A DNA stretch of 64,000 nt from Candidatus Latescibacterota bacterium (GTDB taxonomy: Bacteria; Latescibacterota; UBA2968; UBA8231), in NCBI GenBank assembly GCA_964291625.2, contig OZ220089.1:2880001-2944000 (forward strand), given 5' to 3'. Shown piece by piece: positions 20,175-31,409 of the stretch (its first letter is position 1; every line of letters starts with the position of its first letter). The notes beneath the pieces were generated by a model, which had not been told where the DNA came from, made no database searches, and saw only the letters and a list, made by a program, of their open reading frames with translations. A program made the position numbers and the translations under genes.

Positions 20175-21455
20175 TCAGAGGAGGAAGTCGGGTACGGACT
20201 CGTTCGCCGTCACCTGCTCCAGCGTCTGCCGCCTCCGCAGCAGGTGGAAGCCGCCGTCCGCGCCCAGGAGCACCTCCGGCGCCTCGGGGAAGGAGTTGTA
20301 GTTCTTGGCGGACATGGCGGCGCAGTAGGCCCCGGCGCCGCCGATGACGACGGCGTCACCGACGCGCGCCTCGGCGAGGGGGCGCACCCGCAGCGCCTCC
20401 GGGTCTCCAGGGGCCGGCGTCAGGATGTCGCCGCTCTCGCAGCAGTGACCGACGACGAGGTACTCCCGCAACGGGCGATCGCCGTCCCCCCGGGGGACCA
20501 CGGTGAGCGGGTGCTGGGCGCCGTACATGCTGGGACGCAGGATCTCGGTCATCCCCGTGTCCGTCTTGATGAAGGAGAAACCCTCCTTGCCGGTGTCGAC
20601 CACGTCGATCACGCTGGCCACCACGGCCCCGGCGTTGCCCACCAGAAAGGTGCCGGGCTCGATCTCCAGGCGCAGCCGGCGCCCGCAGTCGTCGGCGAAC
20701 CGCCGCAGCTCGTCGACGATGGGGGCCGCGGCCCTCGGCAGGTCGGTGGAGGACTCGCCGCTCATCCGTCCGATCTTGTAGCCCCCGCCCAGATTGACGG
20801 CGGTCACGTCGGGGAGGTGCCGGGCCAGGTTCAGCGTCAGGCGGGCGCAGTGCTGCCACACCTCCGGATCGGTTCCCGAGCCGATGTGGGTGTGCAGGAG
20901 GGTGATGCGCAGCCCGCTGGTGCGCGAGATCTCCAGGACCCGCTCCAGGTGAGTGTGCCAGATCCCGAAGCTGGCGGAGGGGCCGCCGACGTTGGTGCGG
21001 TTCGAGTGGCCCGAGCCCAGCCCTGGATTGAGACGGACGGCCACCTCGGCTCCGGGAGAGCGCTCCCCGCAGGCCGCCAGCTGGTCGAGGGAGCAGGCGT
21101 TGATGCGGACCCCCAGGGCGAACAGTTCCTCGAAGTCCTCGGGCAGCTGCTGGGCGGTCAGCAGGATGTGGCCCGCCGGGACCCCCGCGGCGATGGCGCG
21201 GCGAGCCTCCCAGCCGGAGCTGGCGTCGATGTGCAGGCCCGCCCTCGTCAGAACGCGCAGCACACCCGCCGAGGGGCAGGCCTTCATGGCGTAGCGCACC
21301 GTCATGCCGAAGGGGGCGGGCAGCTGAAGGGCCTGCTGTGCCTGGGCCTCCAGCGTTGCCTGATCGTACACGTAGAGCGGCGTGCCGAAGCGATCCTGGA
21401 GGGCTCGAACCTGGCCCTCGTCAAGGAAGCGGAGAGGCTCTTGGGCGGTCGTCAT
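20175..21455 (-). CDS. lysA: Diaminopimelate decarboxylase
   Basis: FGTPLYVYD, PLP-lysine YAMKA, HTHIGSG, NLGGG, EPG, RPSMYG, GHCCESGD, GAY. Confidence 0.9.
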   Translation of the reverse strand: MTTAQEPLRFLDEGQVRALQDRFGTPLYVYDQATLEAQAQQALQLPAPFGMTVRYAMKACPSAGVLRVLTRAGLHIDASSGWEARRAIAAGVPAGHILLTAQQLPEDFEELFALGVRINACSLDQLAACGERSPGAEVAVRLNPGLGSGHSNRTNVGGPSASFGIWHTHLERVLEISRTSGLRITLLHTHIGSGTDPEVWQHCARLTLNLARHLPDVTAVNLGGGYKIGRMSGESSTDLPRAAAPIVDELRRFADDCGRRLRLEIEPGTFLVGNAGAVVASVIDVVDTGKEGFSFIKTDTGMTEILRPSMYGAQHPLTVVPRGDGDRPLREYLVVGHCCESGDILTPAPGDPEALRVRPLAEARVGDAVVIGGAGAYCAAMSAKNYNSFPEAPEVLLGADGGFHLLRRRQTLEQVTANESVPDFLL

Positions 21456-21509
21456 GGATGGTCCTATGTTGCTATTTTTACAGCTAGTTGGTAGCTTCTG
21501 GGAGGGCTG

Positions 21510-21538
21510 ATTATCGGCTCCGTCCCGCACTCCGTCAA
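21510..21538 (-). promoter_or_regulatory. Sigma70-type promoter for lysA
   Basis: Minus strand TTGACG-N17-GATAAT. Confidence 0.6.
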
Positions 21539-21561
21539 GGCGCCCGGGCGCCGTTCCTTCG

Positions 21562-21590
21562 TTGATCATGTGATGAGCCCTGGTTATATT
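21562..21590 (+). promoter_or_regulatory. Sigma70-type promoter for the tadA-tRNA-ffs-dnaX unit
   Basis: TTGATC-N17-TATATT in an AT-richer divergent intergenic region. Confidence 0.6.
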
Positions 21591-21596
21591 GCGAGT

Positions 21597-22159
<563 letters not shown>

Positions 22160-22169
<10 letters not shown>

Positions 22170-22252
22170 CCGAGTGGTCGAAGGTGCACGACTGGAAATC
22201 GTGTGTGGCGTTTGTAGCGTCACCGAGGGTTCGAATCCCTCTCTCTCCGCCA
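22160..22252 (+). tRNA. tRNA-Ser (anticodon GGA)
   Basis: GGAGAGA/TCTCTCC acceptor stem, CACGA-CTGGAAA-TCGTG anticodon arm, long variable arm, GTTCGAATC, G73, CCA. Confidence 0.95.
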
Positions 22253-22268
22253 GTTTTGCGAATACGGT

Positions 22269-22344
<76 letters not shown>

Positions 22345-22390
22345 TTTTACCTGAGGAGCCCGCCCGCAAAGGCGAGGCTCCCGCTCTTGG

Positions 22391-22666
22391 GCAGGCCGTG
22401 CTAGATGGGGAGTTAGCGGTGCCCTGCACCCGCAATCCGCTCTAGCGGGATCGAATCCCCGTCCGAGGTCTACAAGCCGTCTTTCCGGTCGGTACCCGGA
22501 GGGCGTCGAAAGCCGGATTCCGCGCAACGCGAGGCTTCCGAACCCCGTCAGGACCGGAAGGTAGCAGCGGTAAGAGGCTGACGCGTGTGCCGCGGAGGTC
22601 TCTGGCTGGAGCCCGGCGGTCGCGGCCGGACGGCGGCGCGGGATCGAAGACGGGTGCACGGCCTGC
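22391..22666 (+). ncRNA. ffs: Signal recognition particle RNA, large (Alu-containing) bacterial type
   Basis: Helix-8 core TCAGGACCGGAAGGTAGCAGC at ~22548-22568; terminal pairing GCAGGCCGTGC (22391-22401) with GCACGGCCTGC (22656-22666); 5' Alu-like GGGGAGTTAGCGGTGCCCTG..CCCGCAATCCGC; classic position upstream of dnaX. Confidence 0.9.
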
Positions 22667-22742
22667 GTTCTACCCGCGGGCTCCCCTGCGGGCGCAGCGA
22701 GCCCAACATCGCCCTGGAGCCGGCCCCTCGCCTCCGACAGCC

Positions 22743-24455
22743 ATGCCCTTCCAGGTCACAGCCCGCAAGTGGCGCCCCCAGCGGTTCTCCGAGGTCGTCG
22801 GGCAGGAGCATATCACCGCCACCCTGACCAACGCCCTGGCCAGTGGCCGCATCGCTCACTGCTACCTGTTCTGCGGACCTCGCGGCGTCGGCAAGACCAC
22901 GACGGCGCGCATCCTGGCCAAGGCCCTCAACTGCTCCGCCCGCGGCGAGGCGACTGATCCCTGCGGCGAGTGTCCCTCCTGCACGGCCATCACCGACGGC
23001 ACGAGCATGGATGTCCTCGAGATCGATGGCGCCTCGAACAACAGCGTCGACGACGTGAGAGAGCTGCGGGAGGTGGTGCGCTACATCCCTACCGAGGGCG
23101 CCCACAAGATCTACATCATCGACGAAGTCCACATGTTGTCGCGGCCGGCCTTCAACGCTCTCCTCAAGACGCTCGAGGAGCCGCCGGAACGGGTCGTCTT
23201 CGTCTTCGCCACCACCGAGGTGCAGGAAGTCCCGGAGACCATCCTGTCGCGCTGCCAGAGGTTCAATTTCCGCCGCATCTCCACCTCCAGTATCGCCGGG
23301 CACCTCGGGGAGATCACCGCCGCCGAGAAGATCGAGTCCGACCAGGAGGCCCTCTACCTGCTGGCCCACCGCGCCGACGGCGCCCTCAGGGACGCCGAGA
23401 GCCTCCTCGATCAGGTCGTCTCCTTCGGGGGCCGCGTGAGCGGCGAGGGCGTCCGGGAGGTCCTGGGCCTGATCGACCGTGGCGTCTTCTTCGAAGCCAC
23501 CTCGGCCATCGCCGAGGGCGACGGGGGCCGGCTGCTCGACCTCGTGACCCGGGTCCTCGAGGAGGGCGGAGACCTCGAGGAGTTCGTCGGCGGCCTGGTG
23601 GAGCATGCCTCCCGCCTGCTCTTCACCAAGGTGCAGGAGTCCGCCGCCAGGCTCGAGGTCACCGAGGACGATGCCCGGCGCTACGAGGAGGCCGCCGGCG
23701 CCCTGACAGAGGCCGACCTGCTGCGCATCGTGCAGACCCTGATGGAGCTCGAGGCCGAGGTGCGCAAGTCGTTGCAGCCCCGGTTCCGCACCGAGCTGGC
23801 CCTCGTGCGGCTGGCCGGCATGGGCCGCGCCGTGGACGTGGGGCGCCTCCTGGCGCGGCTGTCCGCCCTCGAGGCCGCCGTCGCCGCCGGCGGTGGGGCC
23901 GCCGCCGCTCCCCCGGCGAGGCGGAGTCCGCCGCGGTCACGCAACCCGGACTCCGGCCCGCCACCGCAGGTCCCGCCTCCCGCGGCGGAGGAGGTAGCGC
24001 CCGGGCCGGCGCCCGACCACGAAGGCTCCGGGCCCTCCGGGAGTCCCTCCGAGGCCGCCGACCCCTCCCCGGAGGGAGACCTGGACATCCAGCAGTTGTG
24101 GCCCCGGGTCATCGATCACCTGCGGGAGACCCAGCCTTCGATGCCCGGCTTCCTGCAGGAGGTCACGCGCCTGGAGATCAAAGGGTCCGTGCTCACCCTC
24201 TTCTTCGACGGGAGCAACCGCTTCGTCATGGGCCAGGTGGCCAAGGCCGACGCCGCGGTGGCCGCCGCCGTGGCCCGCGCCGGCGGGCCCGAGGTCCGCG
24301 TCCTGTGCGGCGTCGACGGCGGCGAGGCGCCGGCGCCGGCGACGGCCGAGAAGCCGGGGTCAGCCGCGCCCCCACCGGCCCGGACCTCACCCGAGGCGGG
24401 CCTCGATCCGAAGGTGCGGTCTGTCCTCGAAGCCCTCGACGGGGAGATCGTGTAG
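22743..24455 (+). CDS. dnaX: DNA polymerase III subunit gamma/tau
   Basis: ARKWRPQRF, GPRGVGKTT, C..C..C zinc site, EIDGASN, IIDEVHML, NALLKTLEEPP, SRC, GALRDA; Pro/Ala-rich linker. Confidence 0.97.
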   Translation: MPFQVTARKWRPQRFSEVVGQEHITATLTNALASGRIAHCYLFCGPRGVGKTTTARILAKALNCSARGEATDPCGECPSCTAITDGTSMDVLEIDGASNNSVDDVRELREVVRYIPTEGAHKIYIIDEVHMLSRPAFNALLKTLEEPPERVVFVFATTEVQEVPETILSRCQRFNFRRISTSSIAGHLGEITAAEKIESDQEALYLLAHRADGALRDAESLLDQVVSFGGRVSGEGVREVLGLIDRGVFFEATSAIAEGDGGRLLDLVTRVLEEGGDLEEFVGGLVEHASRLLFTKVQESAARLEVTEDDARRYEEAAGALTEADLLRIVQTLMELEAEVRKSLQPRFRTELALVRLAGMGRAVDVGRLLARLSALEAAVAAGGGAAAAPPARRSPPRSRNPDSGPPPQVPPPAAEEVAPGPAPDHEGSGPSGSPSEAADPSPEGDLDIQQLWPRVIDHLRETQPSMPGFLQEVTRLEIKGSVLTLFFDGSNRFVMGQVAKADAAVAAAVARAGGPEVRVLCGVDGGEAPAPATAEKPGSAAPPPARTSPEAGLDPKVRSVLEALDGEIV

Positions 24456-24456
24456 C

Positions 24457-25053
24457 ATGGGCCCTCAGGCTCTCGAGGACCTGGTGACCGCCCTGGCGCG
24501 GCTGCCCGGAATCGGCCGCAAGACGGCTCAGCGGCTGGCCCTCTTCGTGCTCAAGTCCCCTCCCGGGGAGGCCGCCGCCCTGGCCGACGCGATCCAGGGG
24601 GCCCGTGAGCGGATCGGCCACTGCACCCTGTGCTACAACCTCACCGAGAGCGACCAGCCCCTGTGCCGGGTCTGCCGCGACGAGGGCCGCGACCGCCAGC
24701 TCATCTGCGTGGTCGAAGAGGCCAGCGACGCCCTGGCCCTGGAGCGCAGCGATCTGATGCGGGGTACTTACCACGTTCTCGGGGGGGCGTTGTCGCCTCT
24801 CGACGGCATCGGACCCGACGACCTGCGCATCGCCGAGCTCCTCGAGCGGGTGAGGCGCGACGGCGTGCGCGAGGTGATCCTGGCGCACAACGCCAGCGCC
24901 GAGGGCGAGGCCACTGCCGAGTACATTCATCAGCGGCTCGATTCCATGACCCGCGTCACCCGCCTGGCCCGCGGCCTGCCCGCCGGCTCCGACCTGGACC
25001 TGGCGGACCGGACCACCCTCGCCCACGCCCTCCAGGGCCGCACGACCTTCTGA
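24457..25053 (+). CDS. recR: Recombination mediator RecR
   Basis: HhH LPGIGRKTAQRLA, C4 zinc finger, ICVVE, YHVLGG.LSPLDGIGP, EGEATA. Confidence 0.95.
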   Translation: MGPQALEDLVTALARLPGIGRKTAQRLALFVLKSPPGEAAALADAIQGARERIGHCTLCYNLTESDQPLCRVCRDEGRDRQLICVVEEASDALALERSDLMRGTYHVLGGALSPLDGIGPDDLRIAELLERVRRDGVREVILAHNASAEGEATAEYIHQRLDSMTRVTRLARGLPAGSDLDLADRTTLAHALQGRTTF

Positions 25054-25652
25054 TGGCTGCAAAGGCAAAGGCCAACCCGGGCGGCGGCATCATCAACCTG
25101 CCCAACCTGTTGACGCTCTCCCGCATCTGCGCGACCCCCCTCTTCCTGGCCATGCTCTTCACCGACATCTGGTACTGGCGCTCGACGGCCGTCTTCGTCT
25201 TCGCCGCGGCCTCTCTCACCGATCTCTACGACGGCCGCCTGGCCAGGGCCCGGAACTCGGTCACCGAGTTCGGCCGCTTCATGGATCCCCTGGCCGACAA
25301 GATTCTCGTCACCTCCGCCCTGATCGCCTTCGTTCTCGGCCGCATCGTCCACGCCTGGATCGTGGTGCCCATCGTCGTGCGCGACGTGGTCATCACCGCC
25401 CTCCGTCTCTACGGCATGCGCCAGGGCCGGATGATGGAGACCTCCGTCCTCGCCAAGTGGAAGACCACCGCCCAGCTTGTCACCATCGTGGTCATCCTGA
25501 CCCTCATCGGTCTGCAGGACATGGCCGGACACTTCGAGTGGAGCGGAGTGCTGGCCGTCGGCGACTGGATCCGGCTGCTGACCAACGGCCTGATGACCGG
25601 CGTCCTTCTCCTTACCGTGCTCTCCGGTTTTCACTATTTTCTGCGGACCTGA
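25053..25652 (+). CDS. pgsA: CDP-diacylglycerol--glycerol-3-phosphate 3-phosphatidyltransferase
   Basis: NLPNLLTLSR, TDLYDGRLAR..FGRFMDPLADK CDP-alcohol motif, KWKTTAQ. Confidence 0.92.
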   Translation: MAAKAKANPGGGIINLPNLLTLSRICATPLFLAMLFTDIWYWRSTAVFVFAAASLTDLYDGRLARARNSVTEFGRFMDPLADKILVTSALIAFVLGRIVHAWIVVPIVVRDVVITALRLYGMRQGRMMETSVLAKWKTTAQLVTIVVILTLIGLQDMAGHFEWSGVLAVGDWIRLLTNGLMTGVLLLTVLSGFHYFLRT

Positions 25653-25716
25653 CAGCGGGTCCCCGGATCGCACTTCACGGCACGCGGCCGAGTTCCTCCG
25701 GACCGCCATCGCCACG

Positions 25717-26142
25717 GTGCTGTTTTCCGGCCGGTCGCCCTTCGCCCCCGGTACCGCGGGTACCGCGGTGACCGCTACGGCCTATCTGGTCCTGTGCGAT
25801 TCCCTGACCACCGGCGCGTGGATCGTCCTGCTGGCCGTGACCACCGCCGTGGCCGTGGCCAGCGCCGGCGCCGAGGCCCGCGCCCGGAACCAGGAGGATC
25901 CGGGCCCAGTGGTGATCGACGAAGCCGCGGGATACCTGTTCGCGGTTGCCTTCCTTCCCCATGGTCCGGTGACCGCCATCGCCGGATTCCTGGTGTTCCG
26001 GGCCCTCGACATCCTCAAGCCGCCGCCGGCGCGCCAGCTCGAGCGCCTGCCCGGCGGATGGGGGATCGTCCTCGACGACGTCGCCGCCGGTCTCATGAGC
26101 CACCTGCTGCTGCGGGCGGGCTGGGCGCTGGCCGGGCGATGA
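25717..26142 (+). CDS. pgpA: Phosphatidylglycerophosphatase A (start uncertain)
   Basis: [43 protein letters not shown]. Confidence 0.88.
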   Translation: MLFSGRSPFAPGTAGTAVTATAYLVLCDSLTTGAWIVLLAVTTAVAVASAGAEARARNQEDPGPVVIDEAAGYLFAVAFLPHGPVTAIAGFLVFRALDILKPPPARQLERLPGGWGIVLDDVAAGLMSHLLLRAGWALAGR

Positions 26143-26162
26143 CAAACCCGCGGGAGCGACAC

Positions 26163-27205
<1,043 letters not shown>

Positions 27206-27209
<4 letters not shown>

Positions 27210-27712
27210 GCGTGGCCTCCGGGATCGAAGAGCGGGAGAGCGCCCGCCGCATTGCCCTCGAGCTTCTCGAGGTCCGCGACCGCTCGGTGAAGGAGATCCG
27301 CCAGGGGCTGCATCGCCGCGGCTGCAATCCGGCGGCGATTGACACCGTGGTGGGCGATCTGGAGGCGCTGCGCCTCCTCGACGACCGCGCCTTCGTCCGC
27401 CGCTGGGTCGAGAGCCGGAGGTCCCGCCGCCCCGAGGGGGCGCCGAAGATCAGCCGCGACTTGGTCCGGCGAGGGATCGACCCGGCCCTCATCGAAGAAG
27501 TCCTGGCCGAGTACGGGGAAGATCTCGGATCCGGGGCCGAGGCCCTGTCGCTGCTGCGCCGGCAGCTGACCCGGTACCGGGGGCTCGACCCGGAGACCGC
27601 GCGGCGGCGCATGTACGGGCTGCTGGCCCGCCGCGGGTTCGACCCCGACACGGTGCGGGAGGCGGTGACGCGGGCCTGGACCGAGATCGAGGAGGCCGGG
27701 GAGAAGAGATGA
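27206..27712 (+). CDS. recX: Regulatory protein RecX
   Basis: Directly follows recA; RDRSVKE, LLDDRAF, GAPKI..DL..RGI, LARRGF. Confidence 0.9.
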
Positions 27713-30321
27713 AGTCCAACGAGATTCGCGAGACCTTCCTCTCCTTCTTCGAGGACCGGGGACACGCCCGGGTGCCGAGCGCCCCGGTGGTGCCGGCCGA
27801 CGACCCTACCCTGTACTTCATCAACGCCGGCATGAACCAGTTCAAGGACGTCTTCCTCGGGCTGGGCAGCCGGCCGTACACGCGCGCCGTGGACACGCAG
27901 AAGTGCATCCGGGTCTCCGGCAAGCACAACGACCTGGAGGAGGTGGGGATCAGCCCCTGGCACCACACCTTCTTCGAGATGCTCGGCAACTGGTCCTTCG
28001 GCGACTACTTCAAGGAAGAGGCCATCCGCTGGGGCTGGGAGCTGGTGACGGAGCGTTTCGGCCTGCGCAAAGACCGGCTGTGGGCCACCGTCTTCGAAGG
28101 CGGAGAGGGGGTTCCGCCCGACGAGGAGGCCGAATCCCTGTGGTACGGGGAGACCGACCTTCTGCCCGGGCGCGTGGTGCGGCTGCCGGCCAAGGACAAC
28201 TTCTGGGAGATGGGCGGGACCGGCCCCTGCGGCCCCTGCTCGGAGATCCACTACTACATCGGTGACGACCCCTCTCTCCAGAGCGAGGAGCTGCTGCTGC
28301 AGGACGGTCCCGAGTTCGTGGAGTTCTGGAATCTCGTCTTCATCCAGTTCAACCGCGACGAGTCGGGGACCCTGCATCCGCTGCCCGCCCGGCACGTCGA
28401 CACCGGCATGGGCTTCGAGCGCATGTGCAGCCTGCTCCAGGGCGCCGGGAGCAACTACGACACCGATCTCTTCCGGCCGCTGATCGGGTGCATCGCCGAG
28501 GTCACCGGCGCCGACCCGGGGTCCGATGCCGGACGGGTGCCGGCCCGCGTGATCGCCGACCACGTGCGCGCTCTCACCTTCGCCATCGGCGACGGCGTCC
28601 TGCCCTCCAACGAGGGGCGGGGCTACGTGCTGCGGCGCATCCTGCGGCGGGCCTCCCGCTTCGGTCGCCAGCTCGACCAGCACGACCCCTTCCTGTACCG
28701 GCTGGTCCAGCCCCTGGCCGACTCCATGGCTCACGTCTTCCCCGAGGCGAAGGAGAAGGCCGCCCACGTGGCCATGGTGATCCAGGCCGAGGAACAGTCC
28801 TTCGGCCGCACCCTCGACCGCGGGCTGGAGATCTTCGAGCGCGTCAGCCAGAAGGGCGAAGTCTCGGGGGCCGACGCCTTCCGCCTCTTCGACACCTACG
28901 GGTTCCCCCTCGATCTCACCGAGCTGATGGCGCGAGAGCGCGGCCTGTCCGTCGACACCGCCGGTTTCCATGCCGAGCTCGATGGCCAGCGCCAGCGCGC
29001 CCGGGCGGCCACCAGGGACCGCTTCGCCGCCTCGGAGGGCCTCGGAGACGCCGTCGAGGGCGAGCACTCCCTGTTTGTCGGCTACGACGAGTTGGAGATC
29101 GAGGCGCGGGTGATGCACGCCCAGGTCGACGACGGTGTTGCGCGGGTTGTCCTCGGCCGCACCCCGTTCTACGCCGAGTCGGGCGGTCAGGTCGGCGACC
29201 GGGGGGTCCTCACCGCCGACGGTCTGCGCATCGACGTGGAGACGACGCGGAAGGGGCGCGGCGGCATCGTCCACGAGGGACGGCTGATCGAGGGTGAACC
29301 CCCCGGCCCGGGCCAGGTGGTGTGCGCCTCCGTCGACCGGGAGGCCCGCGATGCCGCGGCGCGCAACCACACGGCCACGCACCTGCTGCACGAGGCCCTG
29401 CGCCGGGTCCTGGGGGATCACGTGGCGCAGATGGGATCCCTCGTGGCGCCGGACCGCCTGCGCTTCGACTTCTCCCACTTCCAGGCCATGGAGTCGGGAC
29501 AGCTGGAGGAGGCCGGTGCCATCGTCAACGGCTGCATCCGCGAGGACATCAAGGTCTCCTCCTTCGAGGAGGATCTCGATCGCGCCCGGCGGATGGGGGC
29601 CCAGGCGCTGTTCGGCGAGAAGTACGAGGACCGCGTGCGGGTCGTGAAGATCGGCGACTTCAGCCTCGAGCTGTGCGGCGGCACCCACGTGGCCCACACC
29701 GGCCAGATCGGCCTCTTCGACCTCACCGCCGAGAGCGGCATCGCCGCCGGCACCCGCCGGGTCGAGGCCCTTTCCGGCGTCGAGGCCGAGGGCGCCGCCC
29801 GCCGCCACCGCGCCCTCCTCGGCGAGATCGGCCGCCTGCTGAACGCCGGCGACGAGGAGCTGCCCGACCAGGTGCGCCGCCTGCTCGAGCGCAATCGCGA
29901 CCTGGAGAAGGCCCTGGCCGAGGTACGCCGTCAGGCCGCCGGGGACAGCGCCGCCTCCCTGGCCGGGGGCGCCGTCGATGTGGAGGGCGTGCGCGTTGCC
30001 GCCTGCCGGGTCGAGGCCGAAGACGTGCCCGCCATGCGCACCCTCGCCGACGGCCTTCGCGACAGCCTGGGCTCCGGCGTCGGGGTCCTCGGCGCCGAGG
30101 TGAAGGGGAGGGTCTCCTTCATCGCCGTGGTCACCGACGACGTGATCCAGTCGCGGGGGCTGAAGGCCGGGGACATCGTCAAGGAGGTCGCCCGCATCGC
30201 CGGCGGCTCCGGAGGGGGCCGGCCCCACATGGCCCAGGCCGGCGGCAAGGACCCCTCCCGGATCGACGAGGCCATCGCAGCCGCGGCTGGCATCGTGCGG
30301 CGATGCCTGACGGATGGCTAG
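27709..30321 (+). CDS. alaS: Alanine--tRNA ligase
   Basis: NAGMNQFK, HHTFFEMLGNWSFGDYFK, DTGMGFER, DTYGFP, TPFYAESGGQ, editing motifs NHTATHLLH and ELCGGTH, GGGRPHMAQAGG. Confidence 0.98.
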   Translation: MKSNEIRETFLSFFEDRGHARVPSAPVVPADDPTLYFINAGMNQFKDVFLGLGSRPYTRAVDTQKCIRVSGKHNDLEEVGISPWHHTFFEMLGNWSFGDYFKEEAIRWGWELVTERFGLRKDRLWATVFEGGEGVPPDEEAESLWYGETDLLPGRVVRLPAKDNFWEMGGTGPCGPCSEIHYYIGDDPSLQSEELLLQDGPEFVEFWNLVFIQFNRDESGTLHPLPARHVDTGMGFERMCSLLQGAGSNYDTDLFRPLIGCIAEVTGADPGSDAGRVPARVIADHVRALTFAIGDGVLPSNEGRGYVLRRILRRASRFGRQLDQHDPFLYRLVQPLADSMAHVFPEAKEKAAHVAMVIQAEEQSFGRTLDRGLEIFERVSQKGEVSGADAFRLFDTYGFPLDLTELMARERGLSVDTAGFHAELDGQRQRARAATRDRFAASEGLGDAVEGEHSLFVGYDELEIEARVMHAQVDDGVARVVLGRTPFYAESGGQVGDRGVLTADGLRIDVETTRKGRGGIVHEGRLIEGEPPGPGQVVCASVDREARDAAARNHTATHLLHEALRRVLGDHVAQMGSLVAPDRLRFDFSHFQAMESGQLEEAGAIVNGCIREDIKVSSFEEDLDRARRMGAQALFGEKYEDRVRVVKIGDFSLELCGGTHVAHTGQIGLFDLTAESGIAAGTRRVEALSGVEAEGAARRHRALLGEIGRLLNAGDEELPDQVRRLLERNRDLEKALAEVRRQAAGDSAASLAGGAVDVEGVRVAACRVEAEDVPAMRTLADGLRDSLGSGVGVLGAEVKGRVSFIAVVTDDVIQSRGLKAGDIVKEVARIAGGSGGGRPHMAQAGGKDPSRIDEAIAAAAGIVRRCLTDG

Positions 30322-30339
30322 CGCCCCGGGCCGCGGACG

Positions 30340-31089
30340 ATGAAGAGCACCTTCGAACAGCTGCTCGAAGCACGGGCGCGCCGCGGCGCGGGCTATCTGA
30401 CCCTCCTCGACCCCGACCGCCTGCCCCTGGAAGAGCTCGAGAGGCGGGCCTCGATCTGCGCCGAGGCGGGGGCCGACGGGATCCTCGTGGGCACCAGCCT
30501 GATGCTCTCGACGGCGCGCAACGCCGAGCTCTTCGAGCGCCTGCGCGCCCTCGTGCAGATCCCCGTCATCTCCTTTCCGGGAGACGCGGGGCAGGTCGTG
30601 CGCACGGCCGACGCGATCCTGTACCTGTGCATGGTGAGCGGCCGCAACCCCGAGCTGCTCATCGGGCAGCAGGTTCGCGCCGCGCCCCTGCTGAAGGAGT
30701 ACGGCATGGAGGTCATCTCCACCGCCTACATGCTGGTCGAATCGGGCACCCTGACATCGACGGAGTTCATGAGCTCCACGCGGCCCATACCGCGCGACAA
30801 GGACGACATCGCCATGGCCCACGCCCTGGCGGCGCAGTATCTCGGCATGAGGCTCGTCTACCTCGAGACCGGCTCCGGGGCCCGCGACTCCGTGCCCACG
30901 CCCATGGTGCGGGCCGTGTCCCGGTACGTCGATCTGCCGGTGATCGTGGGCGGCGGCATCCGCGATCCGCAGACGGCGCGCGACAAGGTCGAGGGAGGGG
31001 CCGCCTTCGTGGTGACCGGCACGGCCGTGGAGAACGACCCGGGCCGCCTGCGGGAGCTGAGCGCCGCGGTCCACATCGCCGAGGCTTGA
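30340..31089 (+). CDS. Geranylgeranylglyceryl/heptaprenylglyceryl phosphate synthase (group II-like)
   Basis: LLDPD, FPG, ADAIL...SGRNPELLIGQQ, AYMLVESG, YLGMRLVYLETGSGA, VGGGIR. Confidence 0.88.
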   Translation: MKSTFEQLLEARARRGAGYLTLLDPDRLPLEELERRASICAEAGADGILVGTSLMLSTARNAELFERLRALVQIPVISFPGDAGQVVRTADAILYLCMVSGRNPELLIGQQVRAAPLLKEYGMEVISTAYMLVESGTLTSTEFMSSTRPIPRDKDDIAMAHALAAQYLGMRLVYLETGSGARDSVPTPMVRAVSRYVDLPVIVGGGIRDPQTARDKVEGGAAFVVTGTAVENDPGRLRELSAAVHIAEA

Positions 31090-31128
31090 GGAAACCCTCC
31101 CGCCCCCCGGGCCAGACCAGCCAGACGC

Positions 31129-31398
31129 ATGATTCGCAAGAGCGTTGTCATCGCCAACAAGCTGGGCATCCACGCTCGTCCCGCCACGTTGCTCGTCCAG
31201 GCCGCCGGCCGTTACGAGGCGGATATCTATCTGAGCAAGGGGGACGTGACCCGTATCAACGGCAAGAGCATCATGGGGGTGATGATGCTCGCCGCCGAGT
31301 ATGGCGCCGAAGTGGTGGTCGAGGCCGAGGGGCGCGATGCCGAAGCCGCCCTGGAGGCGGTGACCGGACTGCTCGGCGGAGACTTCGAGAACACCTGA
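31129..31398 (+). CDS. ptsH: Phosphocarrier protein HPr
   Basis: GIHARPA (phospho-His) and NGKSIMG (regulatory Ser). Confidence 0.95.
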   Translation: MIRKSVVIANKLGIHARPATLLVQAAGRYEADIYLSKGDVTRINGKSIMGVMMLAAEYGAEVVVEAEGRDAEAALEAVTGLLGGDFENT

Positions 31399-31409
31399 GG
31401 ACCAGGGCC

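Noticed and set aside
24440-24470. Absence of ybaB between dnaX and recR, and of cinA between pgpA and recA
   Set aside because: Ordinary operon variation; the genes may lie elsewhere in the genome.
29322-31409. Apparent 1292-aa PtsI fusion, and similar long N-terminal extensions on ORFs 2766, 8726, 9838, 11187, 50908, 52971 and 57955
   Set aside because: The extensions are Arg/Pro/Gly-rich alternative-frame read-through of upstream genes. The real starts lie downstream, at RBS or stop-overlap positions.
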